Source: an uncultured Acidobacteriota bacterium | GTDB taxonomy: Bacteria > Acidobacteriota > Vicinamibacteria > Vicinamibacterales > UBA2999 | Direction: 5' to 3' | NCBI GenBank assembly: GCA_963707795.1 | Contig: OY970174.1 | Span: 2,906,206-2,970,205 of the forward strand | Length of the DNA stretch: 64,000 nt | Shown: positions 59,989-64,000 of the stretch, piece after piece | Layout: each line of letters begins with the position of its first letter | Numbering within the stretch: position 1 is the stretch's first letter | Position numbers and translations under genes: made by a program | The notes under the pieces: model-generated | What the model was told of the DNA's origin: nothing | Seen by the model: only the letters and a program-made list of their open reading frames with translations | Databases searched by the model: none

Positions 59989-60918
59989 CTACTTGGAACG
60001 ATCCTCCGCCACTTCCTTGCGTGACCGCGCGCGGTCGGCGGCGGGCACCTCGTCTGCCGCGCCGGGCTGGACGCCGAGCATCTCGACCATGTCGAGCGAT
60101 CCGCTGTCCTGCACGACCGCCGCAAAGCACTCGTCGATCTCCGCGCCGGTCAGGTGGTGCCGATCGCGGAGCTGGGCAGCGACGCCGGTGCGCAACGTGC
60201 GCCGGCAGCGCGCGAGGTGCCGCGACACGGTCGCCTCGTGCTCGCCGAGCAGCGTCCCGATCTGAGCCAGCGTCAGATCCTGCGCATAGTAGCAGCCGAT
60301 TCTCAGGCGGTCGCGTGGCGCCAGCCCGGCGATTTCCGCCGCCAGCGCACCCTTCAGCAGATCCACGTACTCGCGCCAGCGCGGCGGGCGCGCCGGCACC
60401 GGCGCGACCAGCGCGGCGGGCGTTTCGTCGGCGGGCAGCGGGTCGAGCCGCCGCCGGGCACGCAGCCCGTCGACGTGCCGCTGCGCCAGCACCGCGCGCA
60501 GCCAGGTCGCGAGGCTGCTGCGGCCGTGAAAGTAGCGGAAGTGCGAGCGCCGTTCGCCGCCGCGTTGCTCGAGGCCGAACAGTTCCCCGTAGAGCGAGTC
60601 GGCGAGCTCGCGCGCCGCGCCACCGGGATCGATGGCATCCGCGGATCGATACAGGATGGGCCGGTACTCGCGGACGAAGTGGTCCCACGCCGGCTCGAGG
60701 CCTTCCGCGCACGCACACGCCAGCGCCAGGTCCTCGAGATGCAGCGACGCCAGCGCGTGCTCGAGCGCTCGTCCGTCCGGAGCTTCGCCGGCAAACATGC
60801 GGCCGGCGCTCCGTTCGAGCGCCTCGGCGAACGGCGGCATCGGCAGGCCCCACCGGTCGGCCCGGGCGCGTCGATGGAGTCGCTCGACGGCGGCCTGGTC
60901 AAGCCGCCCGCGGTGCAT
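59989..60918 (-). CDS. ECF-type sigma-70 factor with N-terminal extension
   Basis: LEDLALACAC..G..AW..F, GRSSLATWLR, LTLAQIG.LLG.HEATVSR.L. CATAAT lies 5 nt upstream. Confidence 0.85.
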   Translation of the reverse strand: MHRGRLDQAAVERLHRRARADRWGLPMPPFAEALERSAGRMFAGEAPDGRALEHALASLHLEDLALACACAEGLEPAWDHFVREYRPILYRSADAIDPGGAARELADSLYGELFGLEQRGGERRSHFRYFHGRSSLATWLRAVLAQRHVDGLRARRRLDPLPADETPAALVAPVPARPPRWREYVDLLKGALAAEIAGLAPRDRLRIGCYYAQDLTLAQIGTLLGEHEATVSRHLARCRRTLRTGVAAQLRDRHHLTGAEIDECFAAVVQDSGSLDMVEMLGVQPGAADEVPAADRARSRKEVAEDRSK

Positions 60919-61038
60919 GTCTCATTATGACGCGCGGCAAGAATGCGCCCCGGAGGACACGAAAGTGCTCACGACACCCGTTACTTTCATCCCAGCCGGC
61001 TACAAAAACACGGGCTCGCTCTTTGCACACAAAAACGC

Positions 61039-61257
61039 ATGCGTATCAGAATCCTCCGCCGCTGCTCGGCAGCCGTCGATGGCCTGTCCGTCGCACCGCT
61101 CGAGGTTGGTCGGGTCTACGACATCAAACCGTCTACCGCCGCGTTCCTCATTGCCACCGAATGTGCAGAGATTTACCGTGATTCTCACCCCCCTGGAACC
61201 GCGCGCTATGCCAGACGCGATGCCGACGCGCCGGAATCCGGTCCGCATCCCGACTGA
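61039..61257 (+). CDS. Small hypothetical protein
   Basis: MRIRILR...VDG....LEVG.VYD.....A.FLIA..CAE; fills an otherwise empty gap behind an AT-rich promoter-like region. Confidence 0.5.
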   Translation: MRIRILRRCSAAVDGLSVAPLEVGRVYDIKPSTAAFLIATECAEIYRDSHPPGTARYARRDADAPESGPHPD

Positions 61258-61284
61258 GCGCTGCGGCACGCGCCATCCCGTCCG

Positions 61285-63001
61285 TCAGACTTCGGCGAAC
61301 AGCGCAGCGGCGAACGCCGACGCATCGGCAAATCGATCCGCTGGATTGGCCGCCAGCGCGCGCACGATGGCGGCCGACGCAGTCGCCGGCACCCCCGGCT
61401 GCAGGTCGCGAGGCGCGGCCGGCGCGGCGCGCAGCATCTGTCCGATCAACGCCGGCAGGTTCGGCGCGCGAAACGGGAGCGCGCCGGTGACCATCTGATA
61501 CGCGAGCACTGCGGCCGTGAACACGTCAGCCGGCGTCGCGGGTCCGCCGCCCATCAGGACCTCCGGCGCCACGTACGGCAGCTCCTGCTTCGTTCGCCTC
61601 CGCCCCCCGCAACTCCTGCTCTCTCATCGTCGCCAGCACGTCCTGCACCGAGGCGATGCCCGCCGTCGACATCACCAGCCGATCCTGGCGGCCGTCCTGC
61701 GTCAGCCGGATCATGTCCGGGTTGACGCCGGCGATGAAGCCACCGTGCGCGTTGAGCGCGGCGGTCGCGTCGAGCATCTGGCCGAGCAGCGTGCGCGCGC
61801 GCGTCCACGGCAGCGCGCCGCAGCGCTGCAACTCGGCACGCAGGCTGGGTCCCTCGATGACGTCGGTGACCAGGTAGACCAGGCGCTCGTCCTCGCCGAA
61901 ATCCCGGACGTGCAGCAGATGCGGATGTGACACCTGCAGCGTCCGCGCCTCGACCAGGAACCGCGCGCGCAGCGACTCCCAGTTCGGCTGCTGCTCGTGG
62001 CGGAGGACGCGGATCGCCACCGGCACGCCGAGGGCGCGATGCCGGCCGCGGTAGACGGTGCTGCCCAGCCGGCCGCGGCCGATGGTCTCGCCGAGATCGT
62101 AGCGGGCGAGCAGCGCGTCCTCGGGCGCGCGAACCACGCCGGGCGCGGCGCCGCCCACCGCCTCGTGCAGCGCGCGCACGAACTCGACGACGGTCGGCCA
62201 GCGCGCCGCCGGGTCCTTGGCCAGCGCGCGCAGGACGACCTCGTCCACGGCGGCAGGCAGCCCGGGGCGTTGCGCGCCCGGTGCGGCCGGCGTCGCCGAC
62301 AGGGTCTGGTCGATGAGCGACATCCGGTTCACGGCGTCGAACGGCCGGCGGCCGGTCAGCATCTCGTAGGTGATGACACCGAGGGTGTAGATGTCGGTGC
62401 GCGGCTCGGCAGTGCCGCCGCGCAGCTGCTCCGGCGCGGCATACCCGAGGGTCCCGAGGAAGACGTTCGGATCGGTGAGCGCCGTCTCCGCGCTGGCGCC
62501 CGCCTCCTTCACCGCCGCAAGGCCGAAGTCGATCACCTTGTAGACGCGCTCCCCCGACTCGTAGCGGTGACCGACGATGTTGGCCGGCTTGAGGTCGCGG
62601 TGGGTGATGGCGCGTCCATGCGCGAGCTGCAGCGCCGCGGCGATGGGCATCAGGATCTCGACCACCCGTTCCGGCGCCATCGCACCGGTCAGCTCGATCT
62701 CGTCGCGCAGGCTCGGCCCGCTCAGCAGCTCCATCACCAGGTACGGCTGTCCGCCCGGGTCGATGCTGAAGTCGAGGATGGTCACGATGTTGGGATGGCG
62801 CAGCTGCGCGCAGGCACGGCTCTCGCGCAGGAACCGCTGCCGCAGGTCGTCGGGCGCATCGGCGGTCGCCTGCATCACCTTGACCGCCACCTCGTCGCCA
62901 AGCAGCGGCCGCCGCGCCCGGTAGACGTGCCCCATGCCGCCGGTGCCCAGGATGGCGACGATCTCGTAACGGCCGTCGAGCGTGGACCCCGGGGTGAGCA
63001 C
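61285..63001 (-). CDS. Soluble tandem Ser/Thr kinase + pseudokinase (frameshift at ~61589)
   Basis: Domain 1: GTGGMG, VAVK, HRDLKPAN, DFG, APE. Domain 2: GRGRLG, VAIR, AGVNPDMI, STAG, YVAPE. Confidence 0.85.
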
Positions 63002-63015
63002 GGGACGATTATCCC

Positions 63016-63146
63016 GAACTAAGAACGAAGAACGAACAACGAAGAACTCGAGAAAGCCTGGAGCCTGGAGCCTGGGCGCCTGGAGCCTGGAGCCTGGGCC
63101 CTGAGGCCTGGGCCCTGGCCCCTGGCCCCTGGGCCCTGGGGCCTGA
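63016..63146. repeat. Heptamer arrays: (GAACGAA)n at 63016-63047 and (CAGGCTC/CAGGGCC)n on the minus strand at 63055-63146
   Basis: gaactaagaacgaagaacgaacaacgaagaac followed by aagcctg gagcctg gagcctg ... ggccctg. Same families as at 14060 and 18246. Confidence 0.85.
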
Positions 63147-64000
63147 TCAGACGTGCGTCAGCTCGGCATCGGCGCGGTCGAGCAGGTGCTCGAACCACAG
63201 GTTGGAGATCTTCTCCTGCACCGAGTTCTGGCGCAGGCGCGCCTGCAGGTTGGCGAAGTCCACGCGGTCGAGGTCCTGATCCTGGTTGTAGCAGGAGAAG
63301 ATGAACTCCTCCCGCCCGGTCACCGGGTCGACGTGGCGCTGCAGGCACTGCGCGCACACCTCTTTCATCATGCACTGCATCGGCGAGTTGATGCTGCCGA
63401 TGCCGACGTGCGCCGGGTTCAGGTACGGCTTCAACGCGCCGTGCCGCGCCAGGCGCACGGCATTCATCATGCGGTCCGACCCGATGGCGATGATGCGCGA
63501 GACCTCGGCGAGCGGCACCCGCGGCGTGCCGAGACGGCCTTCGGCATACGCGACCATCGCCTCCACGATGTTGCCGCGGACGTGCGCGTCCTGCGGCCGC
63601 GCGGGCTCGATCGGCTCGCCCTGGTCGGTCGCCCAGATCACCTGGTCGGTCGCGCCCTCGATCTCCTCGCGCTTGAACAGATCGGCGCCGTTCCTGTAGC
63701 CGGCGAAGTAGAGCACGCGGTTGCCCCGCGCCTTCAGCGCCCGGGCGATGGAGAACAGCACGGCGTTGCCGAGGCCGCCGCCGGCGAGCAGCACGCTGTC
63801 GTGCTCGGGAATCTCCGTCGGCGTGCCCGTCGGTCCCATCACCACCACCGGCTCGCCCGGCTGCAGGTACGCACACAGCCGGCTCGACACGCCCATCTCC
63901 AGGGTGATGAGTGACAGCAGGCCCTGCTCGGCATCGACCCACGCGCCGGTCAGGGCGATGCCTTCCATCAGCAGCGCCGCCCGGTGCCCGTTGGTGCGCA
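63147..64000 (-). CDS. FAD/NAD oxidoreductase with FNR/PyrK-like C-terminal Fe-S domain (5' partial)
   Basis: VMGPTG.P, LAGGGLGNA, IAIGSDRMM, SINSPMQCMMKEVCAQC, FSC.NQDQ. Confidence 0.85.
   Translation of the reverse strand, partial: RTNGHRAALLMEGIALTGAWVDAEQGLLSLITLEMGVSSRLCAYLQPGEPVVVMGPTGTPTEIPEHDSVLLAGGGLGNAVLFSIARALKARGNRVLYFAGYRNGADLFKREEIEGATDQVIWATDQGEPIEPARPQDAHVRGNIVEAMVAYAEGRLGTPRVPLAEVSRIIAIGSDRMMNAVRLARHGALKPYLNPAHVGIGSINSPMQCMMKEVCAQCLQRHVDPVTGREEFIFSCYNQDQDLDRVDFANLQARLRQNSVQEKISNLWFEHLLDRADAELTHV

Noticed and set aside
23428-61600. Frameshifts in the TonB receptor (4), cca, dehydratase, DEAD helicase and tandem kinase as programmed frameshifting, phase variation or pseudogenes
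   Set aside because: All eight are single-base insertions without slippery or long homopolymer tracts. They also hit housekeeping genes and come with no in-frame stops. Long-read or assembly error is the simplest explanation; read pileups would settle it.

Overview
GC-rich bacterial window (about 70% by eye). It is most likely from Acidobacteriota class Vicinamibacteria, inferred from an acidobacterial PadR + ADOP permease pair, an Oar-like TonB-dependent receptor and an ECF/Ser-Thr-kinase pair. About 50 CDS are supportable. They cover housekeeping and metabolism (tkt, IDH-family dehydrogenase, proline dehydrogenase, CCA enzyme, infA, DEAD helicase, glk), many secreted hydrolases, and several signalling modules. 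I found no rRNA, tRNA, CRISPR or integrase. The best candidate for an undescribed system is a ~12 kb accessory block (37.9-49.7 kb). Its core is an ECF43-type sigma + Ser/Thr kinase-TPR + propeller-less Y_Y_Y histidine kinase + NarL-family regulator cassette. Around it lie exported OmpA-like and DUF3558-like genes whose promoters share five copies of a palindrome CTACYC-N4-GGGTAG(TT). Other oddities are a P1B-ATPase homologue cleanly lacking its A, N and most P domains, a propeller/tricorn-C1-like/GGT fusion with an altered active site, a DAC-fold protein with RHR->RTT, a BRCT-HTH-TPR protein, a kinase-pseudokinase tandem, heptamer repeat arrays just after stop codons, and widespread leaderless promoters. 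Eight single-base insertions in five genes look like sequencing errors. All family assignments come from motif recognition, not database searches.
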